Source: an uncultured delta proteobacterium (GTDB taxonomy: Bacteria > Desulfobacterota > Desulfobacteria > Desulfobacterales > UBA2156). Taken from it: a stretch of 64,000 nt of DNA. Below are positions 56,138-64,000 of this stretch, piece after piece (within the stretch, counting starts at the first letter, position 1; the number at the start of each line of letters is the position of its first letter). The notes beneath the pieces were generated by a model. The model was not told the DNA's origin and made no database searches. It saw nothing but the letters and a program-made list of their open reading frames with translations. A program made the position numbers and the translations under genes. The DNA lies in assembly GCA_963736855.1 (NCBI GenBank), contig CAVTQK010000020.1, positions 1 through 64,000 on the forward strand. The letters are read 5' to 3'.

Positions 56138-57673
56138 ATGGTTTCAAGGATTCAAAGCAGCGCATTGATGGGGATCGACGCTTACCGTGTGGAAGTGGAG
56201 GTGGACGTCTCCCCGGGGCTTCCGGCATTTACCATCGTAGGTTTACCCGAAACTTCCGTAAAAGAAAGTAAAGAGCGGGTTAAAAGCGCGATCACCAACA
56301 GCGGGTACGTCTTCCCTGATGACCGAATTACGGTCAACCTGGCCCCTGCTCATGTCAGGAAAAGCGGGACCGGTTTTGACCTGCCCATAGCCCTCGGAAT
56401 CCTTTTCGCAAGCCGACCGATTCCCAATCCGGAGCGATCTCAGCACTTGGTACTGGGGGAATTGTCCCTTGACGGCCGGATCAAACCCATCGCCGGTGTC
56501 CTGTCCATGGTCATCGCCGCCAAGAAAGCTGGCCTTAAGGGAATCGTGGCTCCATACGAGAATCGAAAGGAAGCTTCCGTGGTGGACGACCTATCGGTCT
56601 TTGCCATCAAAACGCTTTCCGAGGCTGTTGAATTTTTCATGGGAAGCCTGGATCTGATTCCTGAAACATCCGACCCGATAGATTCAGTGGAAACGATGAT
56701 CGAAGATGAGGTTGATTTTTCGGAGATCCTGGGGCAGGAACACGTCAAGCGGGGCCTGGAAGTGGCCGCAGCCGGTGGTCACAACCTCATCATGGTGGGT
56801 CCTCCAGGATCCGGAAAGACCATGCTGGCCCGGCGCCTTCCGACAATTTTGCCGCCGCTTTCCTTTGAAGAAGCCATAGAAACCACCCGGATTTACAGCG
56901 CAGTCGGAATGCTGGGAAAAGACCAGCGTCTATTGACCCGCAGGCCCTTTCGCGCACCTCACCATACCATTTCTGATGCTGGGATCATCGGCGGCGGTCA
57001 TGCTCCTCGACCCGGAGAGGTGAGTCTCGCCCATCACGGCGTTCTCTTTCTGGACGAATTTCCTGAATTTAAAAAACCCGTATTGGAGGCCCTGCGCCAG
57101 CCCATGGAAGACCAGGAAGTGACCATTTCAAGGGCAGCCTCTGCATTGACCTTCCCTGCGGCCTTCATGCTCGTGGCCGCTATGAATCCTTGCCCGTGCG
57201 GATATCACATGGATCCCAAGCATGAGTGCCGCTGCACGGACTCTCAGATCCTCAAGTACCGGTCGCGGATCTCCGGGCCCCTGATGGACCGCATCGATAT
57301 CCATATGGAGGTTCCGGCGGTGCCACATAAAGAAATTCGCCGCGGAACCGGAGGGGAGCCCTCTATGTCCATCCGGAAACGGGTTTCGGAGGCCCGAAGA
57401 CTCCAAAGGGAGCGCTTCGGGAAAACCCAAATCACCTGCAATGCCAAGATGAGCAGCCGGCATATTAAGCGGTATTGCCCCCTGGATTCGGATTCCATGC
57501 GTCTTTTAGAGGCGGCCATGGATCGTCTGGGGCTTTCGGCAAGAGGCTATAACCGGATCCTCAAAATCGCGAGGACTATCGCCGATCTCTCAGACATGGA
57601 AGCCATTGCACCAGACCACGTGGCAGAGGCGATTCAATACCGGAGTCTGGACCGGGGAAAAGGCGTGTCCTAA
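56138..57673 (+). CDS. YifB/ComM family Mg-chelatase-like AAA+ ATPase
   Basis: ITVNLAPA, GPPGSGKTMLA, PFRAPHH, PGEVSLAH.GVLFLDE and NPCPCG motifs. Confidence 0.95.
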   Translation: MVSRIQSSALMGIDAYRVEVEVDVSPGLPAFTIVGLPETSVKESKERVKSAITNSGYVFPDDRITVNLAPAHVRKSGTGFDLPIALGILFASRPIPNPERSQHLVLGELSLDGRIKPIAGVLSMVIAAKKAGLKGIVAPYENRKEASVVDDLSVFAIKTLSEAVEFFMGSLDLIPETSDPIDSVETMIEDEVDFSEILGQEHVKRGLEVAAAGGHNLIMVGPPGSGKTMLARRLPTILPPLSFEEAIETTRIYSAVGMLGKDQRLLTRRPFRAPHHTISDAGIIGGGHAPRPGEVSLAHHGVLFLDEFPEFKKPVLEALRQPMEDQEVTISRAASALTFPAAFMLVAAMNPCPCGYHMDPKHECRCTDSQILKYRSRISGPLMDRIDIHMEVPAVPHKEIRRGTGGEPSMSIRKRVSEARRLQRERFGKTQITCNAKMSSRHIKRYCPLDSDSMRLLEAAMDRLGLSARGYNRILKIARTIADLSDMEAIAPDHVAEAIQYRSLDRGKGVS

Positions 57674-57792
57674 GTCCATCGGCGCTTTACAGACCCTCTG
57701 CCATATGTCACATTTTATCTATTTTGCCGATTTTACGAAGACTTGATGACTCTTACAGACTCCTCAAGAATGGCACCTAAAGAGGATTTTAA

Positions 57793-59556
57793 ATGGAAGG
57801 ATTTTACGGCAGGATATTGGAAATCGATGTGACCCATCAACGGTTCCGAATCACTCCTATCGGCGACGATATTCTGGGACACTATTTAGGTGGCAAGGGG
57901 CTGGGATCTTATCTTCTCATGCAGTTCAATCCCGAAAAGGTTTCTCCATTTTCGCCGAAGAACCGCTTGATTTTCGCCACAGGACCCATTACCGGAAGCC
58001 CGATCTGGGGCTCAAGCCGTTATGGCGTTTTCACTAAGTCTCCACAAACAGGGTTTTATAGTGAGTCCTATGCTGGAGGAAAGGTACCGGAAGCCGTCGA
58101 TGCTGCCGGGTTTGATGCCGTCATGATTTCCGGGAAAAGCGACGAACCCATCATCCTCGGTGTTTGCCCGGACGGAGTGACATTCTATCCGGCCCAAGAT
58201 ATTTGGGGAATGGATACTTTTACCGCCGAAGACGCCGTCCATGAACGATTCGGCCGAACACTAAAAAAGGGAGAAAAAGCCGGAGCGGTGGTGATCGGAC
58301 CTGCGGGAGAAAACCGTGTAACCTTTGCGGTCATCGAAAACGACTACTGGCGCTCGGCAGGCCGCACCGGTGTCGGGGCCATCATGGGGAGCAAGCGTAT
58401 CAAGGCCATCCTCTTCAGGGGCTCGGAACACCGCAAGCTTCATGATTCAGAAGGTGTCCTCCAGTTTTCCAAGGAGCTGGCCAAAGCGGCAAAAGAACAT
58501 CCGGTTGTCAATGCATTCAAGTCATGGGGTACACCCAACATGGTGGAAAGGACCATCCGGGCTAACGCCTTTCCCACCCGTTACTGGTCCCAAGGTTATT
58601 TCGCCGGATGGGAAAAAATCAGCGCTCAAGCGCTTCATAGAGAGTGCCGGGTAACGCCCCGCGCTTGTGCCAGGTGTTTCATCGCCTGCGGCAGAATGAG
58701 CGAAATTCTCGCCGGCCGACACGCCGGCCTGAAAATCGAAGGGCCCGAGTATGAAACGATTTTTGCCTTCGGCGGCCTTTGCATGATCGATGACATTAAA
58801 GAGATCGCATACCTGAACAACCTCTGCGATCGTCTGGGGATGGATACCATCAGCGCCGGGAACTTGTGCGCATTGGCCATAGAAGCCTCCCGGAGAAAAC
58901 GCATCGACTTTTCAATCGATTACGGAGACGTGGACGGTATTGCCACCCTTCTAAACCAGATCGCCGCAAGGAAAGACATCGGGAATGACCTGGCCGACGG
59001 CACCGTGAAAGCGGCTAAAAAATGGCGTTTGGAGGAGATCGCCGTCCATGCCAAGGGATTAGAACCTCCTGGTTATGATCCCCGCGTACTGAAAGGTAGC
59101 GCCCTGGCTTTTGCCGTGTCTGACCGGGGAGCCTGCCATCTGAGGGCGATGTTTCATAACCCGGAACTGAGCGGACTCCTTGATCCAGATGAAATTGAAG
59201 GCAAGGCGACCCACCTCATCGAAGACGAAAATCGACTGACCCTGATGGACACCCTCATCCTGTGCCGCTTTTATAGGATTCTTTACCCATGGGAAAAGAT
59301 GCCCGATTTCCTCGGCCTCGTCTGCGGGATCCAAACCGATCTGGAAGGATTGCGAAGGCGAGCCAATGACATTACGACATTGATCCGTCGGTTCAATCTC
59401 CGGGAAGGGCTGAGATCCGATAATGATCAACTTTCAAAAGGGTTATTTCGAAAAAATCTGAATGGTATCCCCTCCTTGGACGAAGCTCAGGTGAAGAAGA
59501 TGGTTCAGGATTATTACCGCATTCGAGGATGGAATACCTCCGGCATCCCGATGTAA
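57793..59556 (+). CDS. Aldehyde:ferredoxin oxidoreductase family (tungstopterin) enzyme
   Basis: GGKGLG, IGPAGE, GR.GVGAIMGSK, CxxCxxxC, EGPEYET, G.DTIS and RGACH motifs. Confidence 0.93.
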   Translation: MEGFYGRILEIDVTHQRFRITPIGDDILGHYLGGKGLGSYLLMQFNPEKVSPFSPKNRLIFATGPITGSPIWGSSRYGVFTKSPQTGFYSESYAGGKVPEAVDAAGFDAVMISGKSDEPIILGVCPDGVTFYPAQDIWGMDTFTAEDAVHERFGRTLKKGEKAGAVVIGPAGENRVTFAVIENDYWRSAGRTGVGAIMGSKRIKAILFRGSEHRKLHDSEGVLQFSKELAKAAKEHPVVNAFKSWGTPNMVERTIRANAFPTRYWSQGYFAGWEKISAQALHRECRVTPRACARCFIACGRMSEILAGRHAGLKIEGPEYETIFAFGGLCMIDDIKEIAYLNNLCDRLGMDTISAGNLCALAIEASRRKRIDFSIDYGDVDGIATLLNQIAARKDIGNDLADGTVKAAKKWRLEEIAVHAKGLEPPGYDPRVLKGSALAFAVSDRGACHLRAMFHNPELSGLLDPDEIEGKATHLIEDENRLTLMDTLILCRFYRILYPWEKMPDFLGLVCGIQTDLEGLRRRANDITTLIRRFNLREGLRSDNDQLSKGLFRKNLNGIPSLDEAQVKKMVQDYYRIRGWNTSGIPM

Positions 59557-59639
59557 ACCCTCTCACAAACAGCCGCAACGCATAGAGTCATTGCTTATTC
59601 CCTGCGGGTTGTCTCTTTTCTTCAACGACCTTTAGGTTT

Positions 59640-59792
59640 GATGAAATCGTAAAAACTCAAAATTAGGATGGCAAAGTAAAAAGCTTCAGATGCAAGGCGC
59701 GCAAATCCTGAGGAATGAGGCGTACATATGGGTACGCCGTAATGACGAAGGATGCAGTGCAACGCAGCAGATGGACTTTTTACGAAGCCATC
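59640..59792. mobile_element. 153-bp MITE-like element, copy 2 (inverted)
   Basis: Reverse complement of 39639-39791 with 5 substitutions by my count; AGGTTT duplicated on both sides. Confidence 0.85.
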
Positions 59793-59796
59793 AGGT

Positions 59797-59824
59797 TTGA
59801 CATCCGCAAAGGGGGCCTTACTAT
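59797..59824 (+). promoter_or_regulatory. Putative sigma70 promoter of the zinc-ribbon gene
   Basis: TTGACA (59797-59802), 16-bp spacer, TACTAT (59819-59824). Confidence 0.5.
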
Positions 59825-59892
59825 GGTTCTAAACGCTGTTATTCACCCCTGAATGCCGATTTGGGGATACCTCGAAAAAAGGAGATCGTTAA

Positions 59893-60573
59893 ATGACATT
59901 TGAGACCAAGGAACAGGTCCTTGAAAAGATCCTTTCCGAAAAGAAGCCAAAGTGTCCGCACTGCGAAGAAGAAATGACTTTATGGGAGGTCCCTCCCATC
60001 ACTTTCAGCGATGGACTGGGATGGGGTGTGCCTTATTTATATGTATGTTTCAATGACAAATGTAGCCTCTACATGCAAGGCTGGGATAATTTAAAGGAAA
60101 ATTACTCCCAGAACGCATCTTATCGGTGCATGTGCTACCCCGGAACCGATCAGTTCGAATGCATGCCCGTTTTCAGCTCCCAAGGTGCCCGCGGCCAGAT
60201 CATCGATGATCAGATTCTGGCCGCTGAAGAAACACTGAAGTCTGCTATCAAGAAGGGATTTTCCCTCCTCGCGGATTGCTATGTTGCCAAGGATATGGTC
60301 CCTGTCTTACAGATGTTGATGGATGCTGCGGAACCGGTACGCGTCCGGCTCAAGGCAGCGGAAATGATCGGAGACTTCGGGGAACTGGAAGCTATCGAAC
60401 CGTTGAGAAACCTTAAAGTCGGAAACGAGATTTTGCAAAACAAAATCGATCGGGGTGTTCAAAAAATCCATGAACGCCATTTTACCCGTGAGTGTCCGTT
60501 CTGCGCAGAAGTCATCAAGCAAAGAGCTAAAATCTGCAAACACTGCGGGAAAGACCTGACCGCTGAATCTTAA
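59893..60573 (+). CDS. Cys-rich zinc-ribbon/HEAT-repeat hypothetical protein
   Basis: N-terminal CPHC; HEAT-like VRLKAAEMIG...AIEPL; C-terminal CPFC...CKHC; RBS aaggag. Confidence 0.8.
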   Translation: MTFETKEQVLEKILSEKKPKCPHCEEEMTLWEVPPITFSDGLGWGVPYLYVCFNDKCSLYMQGWDNLKENYSQNASYRCMCYPGTDQFECMPVFSSQGARGQIIDDQILAAEETLKSAIKKGFSLLADCYVAKDMVPVLQMLMDAAEPVRVRLKAAEMIGDFGELEAIEPLRNLKVGNEILQNKIDRGVQKIHERHFTRECPFCAEVIKQRAKICKHCGKDLTAES

Positions 60574-60636
60574 CGAGCCTGCCGGCCCAGCGGTATTACC
60601 GGGCCGATGTCTATGTCCTCAAATGCGACACTTTTC

Positions 60637-62187
60637 TCAAGGGGTGTCGATCAATACATTTCCCGTCATCTCTCCGGGTTTTTCGATCTCCATCAACCAG
60701 AGGATCGACGGAGAGATATCCGCCAGTACCCCCTCTCTCAACTTGACGTATCTGCGACCATCGTCCACCAGAATGAAAGGAACGGGGTTAGTGGTGTGGG
60801 CGGTGAAGACATGTCCCCGATCGTCGATCATGGTCTCCGCATTCCCATGATCCGCCGTGACCATTGCGATTCCTTTTCTGGATAAAACTTCCGGGACGAT
60901 TTCCCCCACACATCGGTCCACGGCCTCACAGGCTGCAACGGCAGCCTTCAGATTGCCGGTATGACCCACCATGTCCATGTTGGCAAAGTTGAGGATGATG
61001 AGATCATAAGCATCGGAACGTATTCGCGTAAGGACTTCCCGAGTCACATCGAAGGCGCTCATCTCGGGCTTGAGGTCATAGGTTGGGACCTCGCGGGGAG
61101 AAGGGATCAGGCATCGGTCTTCCAGGGGAAAGGGTTCTTCCTCACCCCCGTTGAAAAAATAGGTGACATGGGCATACTTTTCCGTCTCCGCGATTCTCAA
61201 TTGCCGCAAGCCCATACTACTGATGACTTTACCCAGGATATTTTTGAGGTGGATGGGCGGAAAGGCTACAGGGAGGGAAAACCGTTCGTCATAAAGGGTC
61301 ATGCACACATATCCGCATAGCTGTGGCCAGGGATTGCGTACAAAGGCATCAAACCTTTCCTCAGTCAGCGCCCGCGTGATTTCACGGGCCCGGTCTGCTC
61401 GGAAATTGAAGAACAAGACACCGTCGCCGTCTTCAATCGTCGCGACGGGCGAACCGTTTCCTTGGGTCATCACCATGGGTTGGATGAATTCATCCGTTTC
61501 TCCCCGCAAATAGGCATTTCGGATTCCTTTGAACAACTCTTGTTCAGCGATACCTTCCCCTTTTGTATAAAGCCGATACGCTCTTTCAACGCGGTCCCAC
61601 CGGTTGTCACGGTCCATGGCAAAATAACGGCCGCAGATCGTCGCGACGGCGCCGCATCCCAACTCCTTAATGGCATCAGAGAGTTGAGTCAGATAAGTTA
61701 TACCGCTGTCCGGAGGGGTATCCCGGCCGTCCGTAATCGCGTGGATGTACACCTGCTGAAGGCTCATTTTTTTGGCAAGCTTCAACAGGGCCTGTAAATG
61801 GGTCAACTGGCTGTGAACGCCACCATTTGAAACCAGGCCCATGAGGTGGAGTTTCGAGCCGTTTTCCTTGACCTTGGAAATAAACTGGTTGAAAATAGTG
61901 TTTTCAAAAAAGGTGCCTTCCTGGATGGCCGTATCGATCCGGAGCAGATCCTGATAAACAATACGACCGGCCCCGATGTTCAAATGCCCTACCTCGGAGT
62001 TGCCCATGATACCGTCCGGCAACCCGACAGCGCGACCCGAGCATTGGAGTCGGGTGTGAGGATAGGTTTCCATCAAGCGATCCAGGACAGGCGTTTTGGC
62101 CTGCGCCACGGCATTTCCTTCGGTCTTAGAATTCAACCCCCAACCGTCCAGAATCATCAGAAGGACCGGTTTTGCGCGATTATTCAT
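60637..62187 (-). CDS. gpmI: 2,3-bisphosphoglycerate-independent phosphoglycerate mutase
   Basis: ILDGWG, MGNSEVGH, DGRD, AETEKYAHVT, DMVGHTG and TADHGN motifs. Confidence 0.97.
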   Translation of the reverse strand: MNNRAKPVLLMILDGWGLNSKTEGNAVAQAKTPVLDRLMETYPHTRLQCSGRAVGLPDGIMGNSEVGHLNIGAGRIVYQDLLRIDTAIQEGTFFENTIFNQFISKVKENGSKLHLMGLVSNGGVHSQLTHLQALLKLAKKMSLQQVYIHAITDGRDTPPDSGITYLTQLSDAIKELGCGAVATICGRYFAMDRDNRWDRVERAYRLYTKGEGIAEQELFKGIRNAYLRGETDEFIQPMVMTQGNGSPVATIEDGDGVLFFNFRADRAREITRALTEERFDAFVRNPWPQLCGYVCMTLYDERFSLPVAFPPIHLKNILGKVISSMGLRQLRIAETEKYAHVTYFFNGGEEEPFPLEDRCLIPSPREVPTYDLKPEMSAFDVTREVLTRIRSDAYDLIILNFANMDMVGHTGNLKAAVAACEAVDRCVGEIVPEVLSRKGIAMVTADHGNAETMIDDRGHVFTAHTTNPVPFILVDDGRRYVKLREGVLADISPSILWLMEIEKPGEMTGNVLIDTP

Positions 62188-62549
62188 GATGGGCTCCCGG
62201 TTTCGGAATATTCGATACGCCTGGCGCCTGTCCAAAGCCCTTCCAAGTCGTAGAAGCGGCGAACAGGCTCATAAAAAACATGAATGATGACATCTCCATA
62301 GTCCATAAGGATCCAGTGCCCTTCGGTCATCCCTTCGACACTGAGGGGCCGGATCTCTTGCTTCTTCAGCGTTATGCGAATATGCTCGGCGATGGCGATG
62401 ACCTGACGGCTGGAACGACCTGAGCAAAAAATAAAAACATCGGTGTACGAAATCAAATCCCGTACATCCAATACGATCAGGTCTTCAGCCTTTTTCCCCA
62501 AAACCGCTTGAACATATGCATCGATGGACGGCATCTCGGTGCGGGTCAT
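62184..62549 (-). CDS. rsfS: Ribosome silencing factor
   Basis: KKAEDLIVLDV and WILMDYGDVIIHVF...R.FYDLE.LW motifs. Confidence 0.95.
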   Translation of the reverse strand: MTRTEMPSIDAYVQAVLGKKAEDLIVLDVRDLISYTDVFIFCSGRSSRQVIAIAEHIRITLKKQEIRPLSVEGMTEGHWILMDYGDVIIHVFYEPVRRFYDLEGLWTGARRIEYSETGSPS

Positions 62550-63217
62550 CGGTACAGTCCCTTTTCAATCAGGTACATCTCCACTGTTTCGGGAACCCAG
62601 GCACGAACGCTTTTTCCACTCTGAACGTCTTTTCGGATATCCGTTGAGGATATGTTCAACAGAACATTCTGGAAAAAATGGATCGGCTTCAATCTTGGAT
62701 GCTGATAGCAGGTTCCATCCTCGGAAAGGCGGTAGTCGGAAGATAGGTTTGTCGTGATGAAAACATCCAAGGCGCCCACAGAGATGGGACCAGAATGAGG
62801 AATGAACCCGGGTCGCCTTATTACGATCAGGGGGATCTGTCCCAGGATCTTTTTAAAGGATTTCCACGTATGCATTTCTAAAAAGGCATCGTGTCCCATG
62901 ATGAGATACATTTGTGTCTCCCCGGAGACGTTTTCCAGGAAGAATCGAACAGTATCAACGGTATAAGACGGACCTGGACGCCTGATCTCGCAATCGGAAA
63001 CTGAGAATCCATCCATCCCGGTGAGAGCCATGCGAAGCATGGTCAGGCGATCCGCCGCAGGAGTCACCCGGATCCCTGTTTTGTGAGGAGGCACAGCAGA
63101 AGGGATAAAAACAACCTCGTCGAGCATGAATGCCTGTTTGACCTTTTTTACGGCCGTAAGGTGCCCCCGGTGGACCGGATCAAAAGTACCGCCGAAGAGT
63201 CCCACCCGGTTCATCAT
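62546..63217 (-). CDS. nadD: Nicotinate-nucleotide adenylyltransferase
   Basis: GGTFDPVH.GH, PPHK, SYTVDT and ISSTDIR motifs. Confidence 0.95.
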   Translation of the reverse strand: MMNRVGLFGGTFDPVHRGHLTAVKKVKQAFMLDEVVFIPSAVPPHKTGIRVTPAADRLTMLRMALTGMDGFSVSDCEIRRPGPSYTVDTVRFFLENVSGETQMYLIMGHDAFLEMHTWKSFKKILGQIPLIVIRRPGFIPHSGPISVGALDVFITTNLSSDYRLSEDGTCYQHPRLKPIHFFQNVLLNISSTDIRKDVQSGKSVRAWVPETVEMYLIEKGLYR

Positions 63218-63247
63218 CTTTCGGCGAACCCTTCAATTGCTTTGATA

Positions 63248-64000
63248 TTATTCAGTCCGTACCTGTCCGTTGCCGAAGACCACAAACTTCGTTGTCGTCA
63301 ACTCTTCAAGACCCATGGGCCCGAAAGCGTGCAGTTTGGAGGTGCTGATGCCGATTTCAGCCCCCAATCCCAGTTGACCACCGTCATTGAATCGCGTGGA
63401 AGCATTCACCAATACCACCGATGAATCCACTTCCCGGACGAATCGCCTTGCCCTGCCGTAGTCGCATGTCACGATAGCCTCGGTGTGGTTGGATCCGTAT
63501 CGCGTAATGTGATCGATGGCGTCATCCATGTCGGAAACCACTTTAACGGCCAGTATCAGGTCCAGGTATTCCGCAGACCAGTCTTCCTCCTGGGCGGCTT
63601 TTGCCAAAGGAAGGATCCGGCATGTCTTAGGGCAGCCTCGGATTTCGACTCCGGCCTCTCGGAATTGCGCGGCCATTTCCGGCAAGAATGCATCGGCTAC
63701 GGCCTGATGCACCAGCAAGGTCTCCATGGCATTACATACGCCGGGTCTCTGAACCTTCGCATTGAGGCAGATTTCCTGTGCCATGGTCAGATCGGCGCCA
63801 TCATCCACATACACATGGCACACTCCCTTGTAATGTTTCAGGACCGGGATTCTTGAATTCTGAGCAACGAATCGGATGAGCCCTTCGCCGCCCCGGGGAA
63901 TGATGAGATCGATGAACTCTTCAGCCTGCAACATGGCCAAGACAGCTTTTCGATCGCTTACCGGAATAACCTGCACCGCATCGCCGGGTAATCCCGCCCA
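63248..64000 (-). CDS. proA: Glutamate-5-semialdehyde dehydrogenase, 5'-truncated by window edge
   Basis: [23 protein letters not shown] and [17 protein letters not shown] motifs. Confidence 0.96.
   Translation of the reverse strand, partial: WAGLPGDAVQVIPVSDRKAVLAMLQAEEFIDLIIPRGGEGLIRFVAQNSRIPVLKHYKGVCHVYVDDGADLTMAQEICLNAKVQRPGVCNAMETLLVHQAVADAFLPEMAAQFREAGVEIRGCPKTCRILPLAKAAQEEDWSAEYLDLILAVKVVSDMDDAIDHITRYGSNHTEAIVTCDYGRARRFVREVDSSVVLVNASTRFNDGGQLGLGAEIGISTSKLHAFGPMGLEELTTTKFVVFGNGQVRTE

Overview
The window looks like two unrelated contigs joined at about 2906. Bases 1-2905 are visibly very GC-rich. They carry a DUF1501 protein 3' end, a frameshifted DSD1/alanine-racemase-fold PLP enzyme, a stand-alone BMC shell protein and a PilZ protein, with large palindromic/REP-like intergenic elements; the style suggests Acidobacteriota (inference). 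Bases 2906-64000 have moderate GC and the gene content of a Desulfobacterales-like anaerobe (inference). Core genes include ihfB, scpAB, trpS, a DHH-CBS tRNA nucleotidyltransferase, pilC/pilS, a minimal mlaEFD system whose long MlaD ends in a barrel-like domain, pilMNOPQ with an Ig-repeat lipoprotein, thrC, serS, nrdJ, coaD, rsmD, an NtrYX-like pair, lpxC, an AOR-family oxidoreductase, gpmI, rsfS, nadD and proA. The main accessory region is a decayed island (~6.9-12.0 kb) at the 3' end of tRNA-Val(CAC). It holds a broken sacsin-like/DUF3883 gene and an integrase-less integron cassette array: three attC sites, a gene-less micro-cassette, and DUF2971, ORF6N and DUF4268-like pseudogenes. The most intriguing signals are: (1) a 24-bp palindromic site found both upstream of the ORF6N gene and, inverted, inside its coding sequence; (2) a tandem ribbon-helix-helix-like gene divergent from an Hsp20 pair, with TGAAA repeats between them; (3) a 153-bp MITE in two copies with 6-bp target duplications. 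Several single-base indels in the pil genes are probably consensus errors. All family assignments are from motif recognition by eye; no database searches were run.
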